This document shows positions 47,237 to 58,326 of a stretch of 64,000 nucleotides of DNA, piece after piece. The stretch's first letter is position 1, and each line of letters opens with the position of its first letter. A program made the position numbers and the translations under genes. The notes under the pieces were generated by a model that saw only the letters and a program-made list of their open reading frames with translations, did not search any database and was not told the origin of the DNA. Origin of the DNA: Alphaproteobacteria bacterium (lineage in GTDB: Bacteria > Pseudomonadota > Alphaproteobacteria > JBFXJJ01); contig JBFXJJ010000010.1 of assembly GCA_050175015.1 (NCBI GenBank), positions 9,987 to 73,986 of the forward strand. The letters run 5' to 3'.

Positions 47237-48237
47237 TAGCTGTTCTCCATATTGCTAGCAAATTTCCAAGCATCTTGGCACATATCTTTAATATTCTTTG
47301 TAGCTTTCCACTTTAAAATTTTTTCAGCAAGAGCTGGGTCTGCATATGATATTGCAATATCTCCTGGTCTTCTAGGAGCTATTTTGTAAGGTATTTTGAT
47401 GCCAGAGACTTCTTCAAAGCCATTTATTATGTCAAAGACAGAATAACCATGTCCTGTTCCAATATTGAAAAAGTGATTACCATCGTTGTTTTTTAAAAAA
47501 TCTAAGGCAGCAATATGAGCTAGAGCTAAATCTGATACGTGAATATAGTCTCTAACACCTGTTCCGTCTTTGGTTGGATAGTCATTGCCAAATACAGATA
47601 GCTCTTTAAGTTCACCTTTGGCAACTTTCAAAATATAGGGCATTAAATTGTTAGGTATGCCTTTGGGTTGTTCGCCCAATAAACCAGAAGAATCAGCCCC
47701 AATGGGGTTAAAATAGCGCAGGCTTGTAACTCTGGCTTCCTTATCTGATACGGCAAAATCACTTAGAATCTGTTCAACCATAAATTTACTAAAACCATAA
47801 GGATTATATGGGGAGATAGTATCACTTTCTGTAAACGGATTTTCCTTTGAAGGAGCATAAACGGTTGCCGATGAGCTAAAGACAAAAGTTTTAACATTAT
47901 GTTTCTGCATAGCTTTTAAGAGGCTTAATGTTCCTGCAACATTGACGTCATAATAAGCGATAGGATTAATAACCGATTCGCCGACTGCTTTCAGTCCAGC
48001 AAAATGAATTACAGCTTCAATATCGTGTTTAGTGAATATTTGCTCTAGTAAAGATTGATCTCTGACATCACCTTCAAAAAAAAGAGGACACTTGTTAGAT
48101 ATTTTCTCAATGTTTTTTAAAACTTTAGGATTCGAGTTGCTAAAATTATCAATAATAACAACATCGTATCCTTTTTTTAACAATTCAAGAGCGACATGAG
48201 ATCCGATGTACCCAGCTCCGCCTGTAAGTAAAATCAT
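47236..48237 (-). CDS. galE: UDP-glucose 4-epimerase
   Basis: MILLTGGAGYIGSHVALELLKKGYDVVIIDNFSNS, YxxxK present. 333 aa. Confidence 0.9.
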   Translation of the reverse strand: MILLTGGAGYIGSHVALELLKKGYDVVIIDNFSNSNPKVLKNIEKISNKCPLFFEGDVRDQSLLEQIFTKHDIEAVIHFAGLKAVGESVINPIAYYDVNVAGTLSLLKAMQKHNVKTFVFSSSATVYAPSKENPFTESDTISPYNPYGFSKFMVEQILSDFAVSDKEARVTSLRYFNPIGADSSGLLGEQPKGIPNNLMPYILKVAKGELKELSVFGNDYPTKDGTGVRDYIHVSDLALAHIAALDFLKNNDGNHFFNIGTGHGYSVFDIINGFEEVSGIKIPYKIAPRRPGDIAISYADPALAEKILKWKATKNIKDMCQDAWKFASNMENS

Positions 48238-48506
48238 TCCTAGCCTTTTTGATTTTATATTATTTTAAAGTATATGTTTTATATGCTTTTAAGAGAACAA
48301 AGGCAATAATCTATTTAAAAAAGGGAGAACAGAAATTAAAAACGTTGCAAAAAAAAATGCTAGTAATTATCGTTGGTCAGAGGGATTGTAGTGTAAAGAG
48401 TATCGTTCATTTGAACATCACTTAATATGTTGAATTCTTACAGTAATATTTATAAAAACAAAGTCATAATTAAATCAAATATTTAGAACCGTAGGGATAT
48501 TTAAGT

Positions 48507-50039
48507 ATGTGGTCATTTTTTGAAAACATAGCTCCGAAGGAAGACGTAACTGACGAAGAATTAGAAGCTGGGATTCCTTGGTATTTTAAAGATGGTGTGG
48601 CATCGCAGATTCTCGACAGCATTACAGTTGGTCCTTTTTTAATTGCGTTTGCTTTAGATTTAGGAGCCAATAATATTGTAATTGGTTTGCTTGCTGCTAT
48701 TCCGTTTCTAACACAATTGTTTCAGCTTCCTGCCATATTTCTAATTGAAAGAACAAAAGCGAGGAAAGCTGTTACTCTTGCCGCCTGTGCAATATATCGT
48801 CCAATGCTTCTTGTTATGGGCTCAGCCGCATTTTTCTTGGGGTCTCCCTTTGCCCTTCCTGTTCTCGTCAGCGGTTTTGCGGGCAGATATATTTTGGGTA
48901 GTATTTCAGCTTGCAGTTGGAATTCATGGATGAAAGATTTTCTTCCTGAAGATAGGATTGGCAAAATTTTTGCTAATCGTATGTTTAAAATGATGGTAGC
49001 AAGCGTTATCATAAGCTTGGTTGCGGCGTGGTTTGTCGATGCCTGGCCTAAAATGTTTCCGGACTACTCGATATATCGTTATTCAATCTTGCTGGTTATT
49101 GCTTTTATATCAGGGGTTTATGGTTTAACTTGTATGTATCATATGCCTGAACCAAAGATGAAAAGTGCAGGTTTACAAAAAAGCTTTGTATCAAAATTAT
49201 TAATGCCTTTTAAAGATCATAATTTTAAAAATCTTATGATTTTCCTTGGGACTTGGAACTTTGCAGTTAATCTTGCCGCTCCATTCTTCACTGTGCATAT
49301 GCTCAAGAGACTAGAAATAAGCATAACATTGGTTACGATTCTTACAATATTAAGTCAAATATCAAATCTTATGATTATTAAATCTTGGGGAAAAATTGCC
49401 GATAACTTTAGTAATAAATCTGTTTTGACAATCGCTGCGCCATTGTTCATTGGTTGTATTTTTGCTTGGACGTTTACTGCGCTTCCTGAAAAACATCATT
49501 TTACCTTGCTGCTCTTAGTTTTGATTCATATTTTTACAGGGGTAGCAACCGCAGGCGTTACGCTGGCAACTGGTAATATAAGTTTAAGACTGGCTCCCAA
49601 AGGAGAAGCGACGTCATATCTTTCGGTAAACAGTCTTGTTAACAATTTGGCAGCAGGTATTGCCCCTGTCTTTGGTGGTCTTTTTGCCGACTTCTTTTCT
49701 AATAAAGAACTTTCTCTTATGGTAAGCTGGAAGTCTGGAGCTGAAGGGCTTTTGCTGCAAACACTTAACTTTAGATATTGGGACTTCTTCTTCCTCTTTG
49801 CTACTATCATAGGTATTTATTCTATTTATCGTTTATTCAAGATAAAAGAAGAGGGTGATGTTGAAGAAAATATTGTTCTGCACGAACTGATGGCAGAAAT
49901 CAGGGGTAATATGCGTAATTTTAGAAACATTTCATCAGTTTCAGGAATTAAAATGGCAATCCATTTTCCAATAGAGAAAATTAAAATCCACAAGAAAAAG
50001 AGGCATAAAAAAGCCAAAGATGAATCTTCTAATCAGTGA
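48507..50039 (+). CDS. Polytopic membrane transporter, probably MFS superfamily
   Basis: 510 aa with about 12 hydrophobic segments. The family call comes from topology only. Confidence 0.55.
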   Translation: MWSFFENIAPKEDVTDEELEAGIPWYFKDGVASQILDSITVGPFLIAFALDLGANNIVIGLLAAIPFLTQLFQLPAIFLIERTKARKAVTLAACAIYRPMLLVMGSAAFFLGSPFALPVLVSGFAGRYILGSISACSWNSWMKDFLPEDRIGKIFANRMFKMMVASVIISLVAAWFVDAWPKMFPDYSIYRYSILLVIAFISGVYGLTCMYHMPEPKMKSAGLQKSFVSKLLMPFKDHNFKNLMIFLGTWNFAVNLAAPFFTVHMLKRLEISITLVTILTILSQISNLMIIKSWGKIADNFSNKSVLTIAAPLFIGCIFAWTFTALPEKHHFTLLLLVLIHIFTGVATAGVTLATGNISLRLAPKGEATSYLSVNSLVNNLAAGIAPVFGGLFADFFSNKELSLMVSWKSGAEGLLLQTLNFRYWDFFFLFATIIGIYSIYRLFKIKEEGDVEENIVLHELMAEIRGNMRNFRNISSVSGIKMAIHFPIEKIKIHKKKRHKKAKDESSNQ

Positions 50040-50455
50040 TTGCATATTTATTTGCTTCAGGAATCCTTAATTTTTTCAAAATTTTTTGATTTTACTTTTA
50101 CCAAAGTTGCTGGGATACTTCGCCGCAGGGCAGAAAAATATGTTAGGAAGGCTAACTTTGTTCTAATTTAGTTGCGGGTTAAGTGCAGAAATAAGCGATA
50201 AAAAATACCAAAACAATCGGCGGCTAACACATTTAGAGCATATTTCATTTAATTGTACGCATCTTTATATTTTGCCTTACGGCAAGCCTTAGGCGGGCAG
50301 TTTTTTCTTTTATAAAAGCAAAGGCAAAACTTTTATTATTCTTAACTCTTTTTGTAAACAAAGATTTGAAAGTAATAAAAATAGTTTTTTAAGATTGCTA
50401 AGGATTTTTTTTTACAAAAAAATCTTAGTTTGCGTAAGCAAATTTTTTAGGCAAC

Positions 50456-50487
50456 AAAAAACCCGCTTTAAATAGCGGGTTGTTTTT
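50456..50487. terminator. Terminator hairpin immediately downstream of tRNA-Glu (AAAAAACCCGCTTTAAATAGCGGGTTGTTTTTT), with flanking A/T runs on both strands
   Basis: Perfect 7-bp GC-containing stem ACCCGCT/AGCGGGT with a T run on each strand. Confidence 0.75.
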
Positions 50488-50563
50488 TGGCGACCCCAAG
50501 GGGATTTGAACCCCTGTTACCGCCGTGAAAGGGCGATGTCCTAGGCCTCTAGACGATGGGGTC
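50488..50563 (-). tRNA. tRNA-Glu (anticodon UUC)
   Basis: The reverse complement reads GACCCCATCGTCTAGAGGCCTAGGACATCGCCCTTTCACGGCGGTAACAGGGGTTCAAATCCCCTTGGGGTCGCCA. It has a cloverleaf, CUUUCAC anticodon loop and CCA end, and is close to the canonical bacterial tRNA-Glu. Confidence 0.95.
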
Positions 50564-51238
50564 ATCTAGACTTGAAAATAACTTTTATTGCCTTTGAATA
50601 AAAAAATCAAGACTTTTTTATCACGAAATTAAAAAAAATTAAAAAATTTTAGGTAAACTAATCAATATGCACTTTTTAAGTGTTTTATACAGTTGTATTA
50701 AACCTTAAGTGACATACTGAATGTTTGTCTTAAAGTGCTTTATTTTAAGTTGTTTTGCTAAATTTTATTAAATTAAAGAAAGATTACTAATTTTTATTGA
50801 AGCGTTAATTATTGTAATAAATAGCTATTATAAATAGTTATCAGGTAAAAATTCTATGATAGGCTCAGAGATGTTAATCATAAACAATAAAAAATATTAC
50901 AAGAGTTATAACTATAAAATGGGCTTCAATTTTAAAAAGATATAAGATATAGGGAGCTGCACTATGATATTTTGTGGTGAAATATGCTCTAAGCCTAAAA
51001 TATTTGGCATAATTATGAGACATTGTTGTTTAAGTTATTTACGACGTTGCTTATCAATGTATGATAAAATTAATTTGGTTTGATTATATAAAAAATAATT
51101 GTTTTTTATCTTATGATTATTCCTCAAATTGTAGCTCAAAATATTTTGATTTATAGTCTGAAACATAACAATAGAACTAGCTTGTAGACTTATTACAGCT
51201 AACTTAATTTTTCGTGTAATTAAAAAACTAGGTTTGTT

Positions 51239-53236
51239 TTAGATATCTAGGTTATCAGATTCTATGAACTTTGCTCGTTCTTGAATAAACTTAAAACGCA
51301 GTTCAGGCTTTTTGCCCATCAAGTGTTCAACTCTTCTCGCTGTATCTAGAGCCTCTTCTTTTTCTTCAACGTTCTGCCCGTGAGGAATAGTTACTCTTAA
51401 AAGGGTTCTTTTGAGTGGGCTCATAGTAGTTTCTTTAAGTTGGGCAGCTGGCATTTCACCAAGACCTTTAAACCTGCTGACTTCAACTTTGGTATTTTTA
51501 GCAAAGTTTTTGGAGATGACAGTTTCTTTATCAGAATCATCGAACGCATAAAAAGTTTTATCTTTATGAGTAAGACGGTAAAGAGGAGGCAGGGCTAAGT
51601 AGAGATTTCCATTTTCTATTAAGCCTTTCATTTCCTGATAGAAAAAAGTCATAAGTAAAGATGCAATGTGGGCGCCATCAACGTCAGCATCTGTCATAAT
51701 TATAATTTTTTCATACCTTAAACCATCAATATTAAAGCGGTTTCTTGTGCCGCAGCCTAAAGCCTCAATAATATCCTTGATTTCTTGGTTGTTCATAATT
51801 TTATCAGATGTTGCACTGGCAACATTGAGAATTTTTCCACGTATAGGAAGAATTGCTTGCGTTTCCCTATTGCGTGCCTGTTTAGCAGAACCGCCGGCAG
51901 AATCGCCTTCAACAATAAATATTTCGGTGCCATCAGGTGTGCTTCTAGAGCAATCGGCAAGTTTTCCTGGCAGGCGTAGTCTTTTGGTTGCGGATTTACG
52001 GTTAAGTTCTTTGTCTTTGCGTTTTTTCTGGCGATATTCTGCACGCTCAATAATAAAATCTAATAAAGCGTTTGCCATTGTCGTATTGGAAGACAACCAG
52101 TGATCAAACATATCTTTAATAACGGGTTCGATATATTTGGTAGCTTCTGGTGATGTTAGTTTTTCTTTGGTTTGTCCTTGAAACTGAGGATTTTTCATAA
52201 ACAAAGACAGCATAACAGAGGCGCTGCCAAACATATCGTCAGCATTTATATTCGAGGCTTTTCTATTGCCTGACATTTCGGCATAAGCTTTGAGGCTTTT
52301 GGTTAAAGCGGTTTTGAAGCCATTTTCATGCGTTCCGCCAAAAGGTGTAGGAACTGTGTTGCAGTAAGAATAAAAGAAGCCATCTTCGTTATCTGAAGCC
52401 CAGTTCAATGCCCATTCAATTTTTCCATTATCGTCTGGAATATCTACAATACCAGCGAAATGCTTATCAGTTACGGTTTCTTTGCCGCTTATCATATAGT
52501 TAAGAAAGTCTTCCAAACCATTGGGAAAGACTAAAACTGCTTCACTTGGAATTGGATTGTCTTCACTTATTAATGAAGGAGCGCATTGCCATTTAATTTG
52601 AACCCCGCGGAAGAGATAAGCTTTGGAACGTGCCATACGGTAAATATGCCCAGGGCGAAACTTTACTCTAAAACCAAAAATTTCAGGGTCAGCTTTAAAA
52701 GTCACAGAAGTTCCTCTGCGATTGTTTACTTTTCCTACTTCTTCTAGGGTAGTTGTTGGAAGTCCTCGACTATATTTTTGGCGCCATAAAGTTTTATCTC
52801 TAGCAACTTCTATTGTTAATTCTTCTGACAAAGCGTTAACTACAGAAATGCCGACTCCGTGTAATCCTCCAGAAGTAGTGTAAGCCCCACTGCCAAATTT
52901 GCCGCCCGAATGAAGAGTTGTCATAATGACTTCAAGGGCAGATTTTTCAGGGTTTGATGGGTGTGGATCCACAGGGATTCCTCGACCATTATCAGAAATG
53001 GTAATGGATCCATCTTCGTGCATACTGACTTCAATTGTATTTGCGTAGCCTGCAACAGCTTCGTCCATAGAGTTATCCAGAATTTCGGCAATAAGATGAT
53101 GCAGGGCGTTTTCGTCAACGCCGCCAATGTACATACCTGGTCTTCTACGTACCGGTTCTAAACCTTCTAAAACTTCAATATCCTTAGCGGTATAAGCGTT
53201 TTTTGAGGTTTGTTTGTTTGAAAATAAGTCTGACAT
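51239..53236 (-). CDS. parE: Type IIA topoisomerase B subunit, by length (665 aa) most likely topoisomerase IV subunit B
   Basis: GHKL ATPase N-terminus (EILDNSMDEA, GLHGVG), TOPRIM (EGDSAGG) and C-terminal domain. It is too short for a proteobacterial GyrB. Confidence 0.75.
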   Translation of the reverse strand: MSDLFSNKQTSKNAYTAKDIEVLEGLEPVRRRPGMYIGGVDENALHHLIAEILDNSMDEAVAGYANTIEVSMHEDGSITISDNGRGIPVDPHPSNPEKSALEVIMTTLHSGGKFGSGAYTTSGGLHGVGISVVNALSEELTIEVARDKTLWRQKYSRGLPTTTLEEVGKVNNRRGTSVTFKADPEIFGFRVKFRPGHIYRMARSKAYLFRGVQIKWQCAPSLISEDNPIPSEAVLVFPNGLEDFLNYMISGKETVTDKHFAGIVDIPDDNGKIEWALNWASDNEDGFFYSYCNTVPTPFGGTHENGFKTALTKSLKAYAEMSGNRKASNINADDMFGSASVMLSLFMKNPQFQGQTKEKLTSPEATKYIEPVIKDMFDHWLSSNTTMANALLDFIIERAEYRQKKRKDKELNRKSATKRLRLPGKLADCSRSTPDGTEIFIVEGDSAGGSAKQARNRETQAILPIRGKILNVASATSDKIMNNQEIKDIIEALGCGTRNRFNIDGLRYEKIIIMTDADVDGAHIASLLMTFFYQEMKGLIENGNLYLALPPLYRLTHKDKTFYAFDDSDKETVISKNFAKNTKVEVSRFKGLGEMPAAQLKETTMSPLKRTLLRVTIPHGQNVEEKEEALDTARRVEHLMGKKPELRFKFIQERAKFIESDNLDI

Positions 53237-53532
53237 AGCTGCGGATTATAGGTAGGCTTTTTAAGTTGAGCAAGATAGAAAAGTTATATTTTTTTAAACT
53301 TTTTTTATATCTTTAAAAAAAAACTAAAAAAAAAGCTCAAAAGCGCTTGCCTTTTGGTAATAAATTTAAGATAAATAGACCGTATCACACACGTAAGGTT
53401 TAAACGGCAGTAATTGTGCATTGTTTTTCAAACATCAAAAATTGTCGTCTCCGGTGTTAGTACTTTTCTTTTAAAGTGCTAGCTAGAATGCCTTACGGAG
53501 GTTTAACCGGTAAAGCAAAGAGGATTATAAAT

Positions 53533-54306
53533 ATGGCTATACCTACATTTTCAATGTCTCAGCTTGTTAAAGCTGGCGTTCACTTTGGACATCATACTCG
53601 TCGTTGGAACCCAAAAATGGGCAAATTCATTTACGGCAGCAGAGAAAATGTCCACATTTTAGATTTACAGAAAACCGTTCCAATGATGTATCAGGCTCTT
53701 CAAGCTGTCAGCAATACTGTTGCTGCAGGTGGTAAAGTGCTTTTTGTTGGAACAAAAAGACAAGCTCAAGATCCGATTCGTGAAGCAGCGGAACGCTGTG
53801 GTCAATACTATGTTAACCATCGTTGGTTAGGTGGTATGATGACTAACTGGAAAACAGTTACTCACTCTATCAATCGTCTTAAAGAATTCAATGAAATGGT
53901 TTCTGAAGGCAAATATGAAGGTCTTACTAAGAAAGAGACTCTTAATGTTGGCAGAGAAAGAGAAAAGTTGGATCAAGCTTTAGGCGGCATCAAAGATATG
54001 AATGGCTTACCTAACTTAGTTTTCATTATTGATACGAATAAAGAAAGCTTAGCTATTAAAGAAGCTAATAAACTTGGTATTCCTGTTGTTGCTGTTTGCG
54101 ATTCTAATTCTGATCCAGATGGTATTGATTTTCCAATTCCTGGAAATGACGACGCTATTAGAGCAGTTAAATTATATTGCGACTTAGTTGCAGGTGCTGT
54201 TCTTGATGGTATTCAAGCTGAACTTTCAGCTGCGGGTGTTGATATTGGCTCAAGCGAAAAAGTTTTAAGTGAAAACTTAGAAGATGATGAAGCTTCTGAC
54301 GAATAG
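53533..54306 (+). CDS. rpsB: 30S ribosomal protein S2
   Basis: [29 protein letters not shown]. Start set at the ATG at 53533 (AGAGGA 9 nt upstream) rather than the ORF-track 53476. Confidence 0.9.
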   Translation: MAIPTFSMSQLVKAGVHFGHHTRRWNPKMGKFIYGSRENVHILDLQKTVPMMYQALQAVSNTVAAGGKVLFVGTKRQAQDPIREAAERCGQYYVNHRWLGGMMTNWKTVTHSINRLKEFNEMVSEGKYEGLTKKETLNVGREREKLDQALGGIKDMNGLPNLVFIIDTNKESLAIKEANKLGIPVVAVCDSNSDPDGIDFPIPGNDDAIRAVKLYCDLVAGAVLDGIQAELSAAGVDIGSSEKVLSENLEDDEASDE

Positions 54307-54411
54307 TTAAAACATTCAGATGTTAAATCTGGTGTTTCTAAAAAATTAAGAGCATCAGATTTAACATTTTGTATATATAAGATAACAAAATAGATTAAAG
54401 AGGGTTTTTAA

Positions 54412-55338
54412 ATGGCTCAAATTTCAGCCTCTATGGTAAAAGAACTGCGTGAGATGACTAACGCAGGTATGATGGATTGCAAAAAAGCTTTGGCAGAAGT
54501 TGATGGAGATATGGACGCTGCTGTTGATTGGCTTAGAAAAAAAGGTTTAGCTGCAGCTGCTAAAAAATCAGGACGTGTTGCATCAGAAGGTTTAATTGGT
54601 GTTAATGTTGATAATAATTCTGGGGTTTTAGTTGAAGTTAACTCTGAAACAGATTTCGTATCAAGAAACACCGAATTTCAGAGCTTTGTTGCTAATGTAT
54701 CTAAAGTTGCAGTCGAAGCTGAAGGTGATGTTGAAAAACTTAAAACAACAGCATATCCAGAATCTCAAAAAGATGTTGCTTCTCAATTAACCGATTTGAT
54801 TGCTAAGATTGGTGAAAATATGAGCTTACGTCGTACATCTGTTCTTAAAACAGATAATGGTGTGGTTGCATCTTATGTTCATAATCAGGTTTCTCCTAAT
54901 TTAGGAAAAATAGGGGTTTTAGTTGCTTTAGAATCAGAAGCAGCTAAAGATAAACTTTTAGAATTAGGCAAACAGATTGCTATGCACGTTGCTGCATCTA
55001 ATCCTCAATATCTTGAGATTAAAGATGTTGATAGCGAAGCTTTAGATAGAGAACGTTCAGTTCTTTCTGAGCAGGCAAGAGCATCTGGTAAGCCAGAAAA
55101 TATTATTGAAAAGATGGTTGAAGGCAGATTACGCAAGTTCTATGAAGAAGTTGTGCTTTTAGAACAACCATTTGTGCTTGATCCTGATAACAAAGTGGCT
55201 AAAGCCGTTGAGCAGGTAGCTAAGGAAGTTGGAAAGCCAATTAAAGTTAAAGGCTTTACAAGATATGCACTTGGTGAGGGCATAGAAAAGAAAGAAAATG
55301 ATTTTGCGGCAGAGGTTGCAGCTGCTGCTGGTAAATAA
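54412..55338 (+). CDS. tsf: Elongation factor Ts
   Basis: [25 protein letters not shown]-terminus. 308 aa. Confidence 0.95.
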   Translation: MAQISASMVKELREMTNAGMMDCKKALAEVDGDMDAAVDWLRKKGLAAAAKKSGRVASEGLIGVNVDNNSGVLVEVNSETDFVSRNTEFQSFVANVSKVAVEAEGDVEKLKTTAYPESQKDVASQLTDLIAKIGENMSLRRTSVLKTDNGVVASYVHNQVSPNLGKIGVLVALESEAAKDKLLELGKQIAMHVAASNPQYLEIKDVDSEALDRERSVLSEQARASGKPENIIEKMVEGRLRKFYEEVVLLEQPFVLDPDNKVAKAVEQVAKEVGKPIKVKGFTRYALGEGIEKKENDFAAEVAAAAGK

Positions 55339-55340
55339 CA

Positions 55341-55370
55341 AAAAGGCTGGTATTAACCAGCCTTTTTTAT
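55341..55370 (+). terminator. Rho-independent terminator after tsf
   Basis: AAAAGGCTGGT ATTAA CCAGCCTTTT followed by TTTAT. Confidence 0.8.
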
Positions 55371-55457
55371 AACTTTAATATTTTTTTATAATATTAAAAG
55401 TGCAAATTTAGAATAAACATCAGCTCTTCGAATATTTTTTTAAGGATATAATAACAA

Positions 55458-56183
55458 ATGACAGATAACTTGAAATATAAAAGAATCTTATTAAAGCTTT
55501 CAGGCGAAGGACTTCTTGGCAATAAGGAATATGGATTAGATAATGAAACCGTAGCGAACATCGCAGATGATATTGTTAAGGTTCATAAACAAGGGGTTGA
55601 GGTTTGTGTAGTTATTGGCGGCGGAAACATTTTTAGAGGAGTTTCAGGGGCGGCTTCTGGTATGGATAGAGCCAGCGCTGATTATATGGGTATGCTTGCA
55701 ACAATTATCAATTCTTTGGCTGTGCAAGATGCTTTGGAACGTCGTGGAGCATCTACTAGAGTTGTGTCGGCAATATCAATGCCTACAATTTGTGAAAGTT
55801 ATATTAGAAGAAAATGTTTGAGGCATCTAGAAAAAGGCAGGATTGTTATTTTTGCAGCAGGTACAGGAAATCCATTCTTTACAACCGATACGGCGGCATC
55901 ATTAAGGGCCGTCGAAATGGGGTGCAATGCTTTATTAAAGGCTACTCAAGTTGATGGTGTATATTCGGCAGACCCCAAAAAAGATAAAAATGCGGAAAGA
56001 TATGAGTCTCTTTCTTATAATGAAGTTATATCAAAAAATTTAAAAGTGATGGATACTTCTGCAGTAGCTCTTGCAAGAGAAAATAATTTGCCCATAATAG
56101 TATTTTCATTGCATAATTCAGGTGCTTTAGAGAATGTTCTAAAAGGACTTGGAAGATATACAAAAATTACTAAGGAGAGTTAA
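55458..56183 (+). CDS. pyrH: UMP kinase
   Basis: [11 protein letters not shown]...[10 protein letters not shown]. 241 aa. Confidence 0.95.
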   Translation: MTDNLKYKRILLKLSGEGLLGNKEYGLDNETVANIADDIVKVHKQGVEVCVVIGGGNIFRGVSGAASGMDRASADYMGMLATIINSLAVQDALERRGASTRVVSAISMPTICESYIRRKCLRHLEKGRIVIFAAGTGNPFFTTDTAASLRAVEMGCNALLKATQVDGVYSADPKKDKNAERYESLSYNEVISKNLKVMDTSAVALARENNLPIIVFSLHNSGALENVLKGLGRYTKITKES

Positions 56184-56184
56184 T

Positions 56185-56757
56185 ATGGTCGACGCTAATG
56201 ATTTTGCATCAGTAAGGAAAGATTTAAAACATCGTATGGATAAAACAATAGATGTTTTAAAACAAGAGTTTTCAGGGCTTAGAGCAGGAAGAGCCAGCAC
56301 TGGATTGTTAGATGCAGTTGTGGTTGATGCTTATGGTTCAAAACTTCCTGTAAATCAAGTTGGCAACATCGGTGTTGTTGATTCTCGTATGCTTTCGGTT
56401 CAAGTTTGGGACAAGGGGCTAATTAAAGCTGTCGAAAAAGGAATTTTAGAAGCAAATTTAGGTTTGAATCCTATCGTTGATGGGCAAACTGTGAGGATTC
56501 CTATTCCTCCTCTTAGTGAGGAACGCCGTAATGAACTTAAAAAAGTTGCCAGCAAATATACAGAAAATGCCCGTGTTGCTATTCGTAATGTTCGCCGTGA
56601 AGGTATGGAAGCTGTTAAAAAAATGCAGAAAGACGGCGCTATTTCTGAAGATGAACAAAGAAAATTTGAAAATGAAGTCCAGAAGATGACCGACGATTCT
56701 ATTAAAGAGATGGATGACGCTCTTGCCAGTAAAGAAAAAGACATAATGCAAGTTTAA
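56185..56757 (+). CDS. frr: Ribosome recycling factor
   Basis: Start set at the ATG at 56185 (AAGGAGA 6 nt upstream) instead of 56149, which overlaps pyrH. 190 aa. Confidence 0.9.
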   Translation: MVDANDFASVRKDLKHRMDKTIDVLKQEFSGLRAGRASTGLLDAVVVDAYGSKLPVNQVGNIGVVDSRMLSVQVWDKGLIKAVEKGILEANLGLNPIVDGQTVRIPIPPLSEERRNELKKVASKYTENARVAIRNVRREGMEAVKKMQKDGAISEDEQRKFENEVQKMTDDSIKEMDDALASKEKDIMQV

Positions 56758-56776
56758 TAGGTTTGAAACTTGTTTT

Positions 56777-57511
56777 ATGATGTCAAATTTTCATAAAAAA
56801 TTCGAATTAAAAATACCTCGTCATATTGCCGTTATTATGGACGGCAATGGGCGTTGGGCGAAAGCTAGGAATCTTCCCCGAACAGCAGGACACAAAAAAG
56901 GAGCCGAGGCAGTACGCAGAATTGTAGAAGCTGCCTGCGAAATAGGCTTGTCTTATTTAACACTTTTTGCTTTTTCTTCTGAGAACTGGAATCGTTCAAA
57001 AACTGAAGTTAGCATTTTAATGCAGCTCTTAAAAAATTATATAATTAAAGAAATTCCAGAGTTAGACAGGCAAGGGGTAAGAGTTAGTTTTATTGGAGAT
57101 AGAACAAAGCTTAGCTCTGATATTGTTTCCGAAATGGAAGCGGCGGAAGCTAAAACGTCTAAAAACGACAAACTAAATTTGATTATAGCGCTTAGTTATG
57201 GTGCAAGAGAAGAAATTTTAGCAGGAGTTAAGTCTATTATATCTGATGTTGGCAATGGTTCGTTGTTAATAGATAAATTAGATGAAAACGAGTTTTCTAA
57301 AAGATTATATACCAAAGATATTCCCGATCCAGATGTTGTTATAAGAACCAGCGGTGAAAAAAGGATCAGCAATTTTTTACTGTGGCAGGTAGCCTATGCA
57401 GAATTCGTTTTTGCTGATGTTTTGTGGCCCGATTTTAGCAAAGAAAATTTAATTGCGGCGATAGAAGAATATTCTAAGAGAGAGCGCCGTTATGGAAAAG
57501 AAACAGCTTAA
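56777..57511 (+). CDS. uppS: Undecaprenyl-diphosphate synthase
   Basis: PRHIAVIMDGNGRWAK...GHKKG and the C-terminal RRYG. Confidence 0.95.
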   Translation: MMSNFHKKFELKIPRHIAVIMDGNGRWAKARNLPRTAGHKKGAEAVRRIVEAACEIGLSYLTLFAFSSENWNRSKTEVSILMQLLKNYIIKEIPELDRQGVRVSFIGDRTKLSSDIVSEMEAAEAKTSKNDKLNLIIALSYGAREEILAGVKSIISDVGNGSLLIDKLDENEFSKRLYTKDIPDPDVVIRTSGEKRISNFLLWQVAYAEFVFADVLWPDFSKENLIAAIEEYSKRERRYGKETA

Positions 57512-57527
57512 CCAATAAGGAAAGTAT

Positions 57528-58289
57528 ATGTTAAAACAAAGGATTATTTCGGCTCTGGTAATGATACCGTTACCTTTATTAATAGTTTATTTAGGCAATC
57601 CTTGGTTTGCCCTTACAGGGGCATTATTAGGTGTGGCTATGGCTTGGGAATGGCAGCAGATGCTTGAAAATAAATGTGATGTTTACGCCCTGTTTCTAGC
57701 TGGCTCGGCATCAATATCAACATTATTAAGTTTGGTATGCCCGATTGCGCCGTTTATGGTTGTGTTTTTTGCATCAATAATCTTTTTTGCTATTTTTAAT
57801 CAAGATTCAACTAAGCTTAAAATATTTGGTTTCTTTTATATTTCTTTGCCCTTAGTCTCTCTTGTTTGGCTGCGTTCCAACTTTGACTTTGCTTATGTTT
57901 TATGGATTATAGGCGTTGTTTTGGCAACCGATATTGGAGGTTATGTCTTTGGTTGCAGTATTAGAGGTCCTTTGCTTTTGCCTTCAATAAGTCCTAAAAA
58001 AACTTGGGCAGGATTAATTGGAGGTATGCTGCTAGCAGCCTTGACAGGTTTTGCTTATGCTAAATTGGCAGGCAAAGAAGAAATATGGTTTGCGGGCGTA
58101 AGTGCTTTTTTAGCGGTTATATCTCAAGTCGGAGACTTTTTTGAATCGGGCGTAAAACGCCGTTTAGGAAAAAAAGATTCCAGCAATTTGATTCCAGGGC
58201 ACGGCGGAATATTTGACAGGATTGATGGTCTTTTGTTTGTTGCTCCTGCGGTTGCCATTTTTCAAGGCATTAAAATTATTATCACTTAA
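57528..58289 (+). CDS. cdsA: Phosphatidate cytidylyltransferase
   Basis: Polytopic. The C-terminal KRRLGKKDSSNLIPGHGGIFDRIDGLLF is the CTP-transferase signature. Confidence 0.9.
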   Translation: MLKQRIISALVMIPLPLLIVYLGNPWFALTGALLGVAMAWEWQQMLENKCDVYALFLAGSASISTLLSLVCPIAPFMVVFFASIIFFAIFNQDSTKLKIFGFFYISLPLVSLVWLRSNFDFAYVLWIIGVVLATDIGGYVFGCSIRGPLLLPSISPKKTWAGLIGGMLLAALTGFAYAKLAGKEEIWFAGVSAFLAVISQVGDFFESGVKRRLGKKDSSNLIPGHGGIFDRIDGLLFVAPAVAIFQGIKIIIT

Positions 58290-58326
58290 AATAATTATTA
58301 TAGTTATTAAATTAAGGCGCTTTTTT

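Noticed and set aside
50564-51238. Replication origin in the long AT-rich gap upstream of parE
   Set aside because: No DnaA-box-like motifs (TTATCCACA and variants) were seen, and no dnaA, dnaN or hemE context is present.
51666-52103. 145-aa plus-strand ORF, and other small ORFs, antisense to parE
   Set aside because: Opposite-strand shadow ORFs within a well-supported topoisomerase gene.
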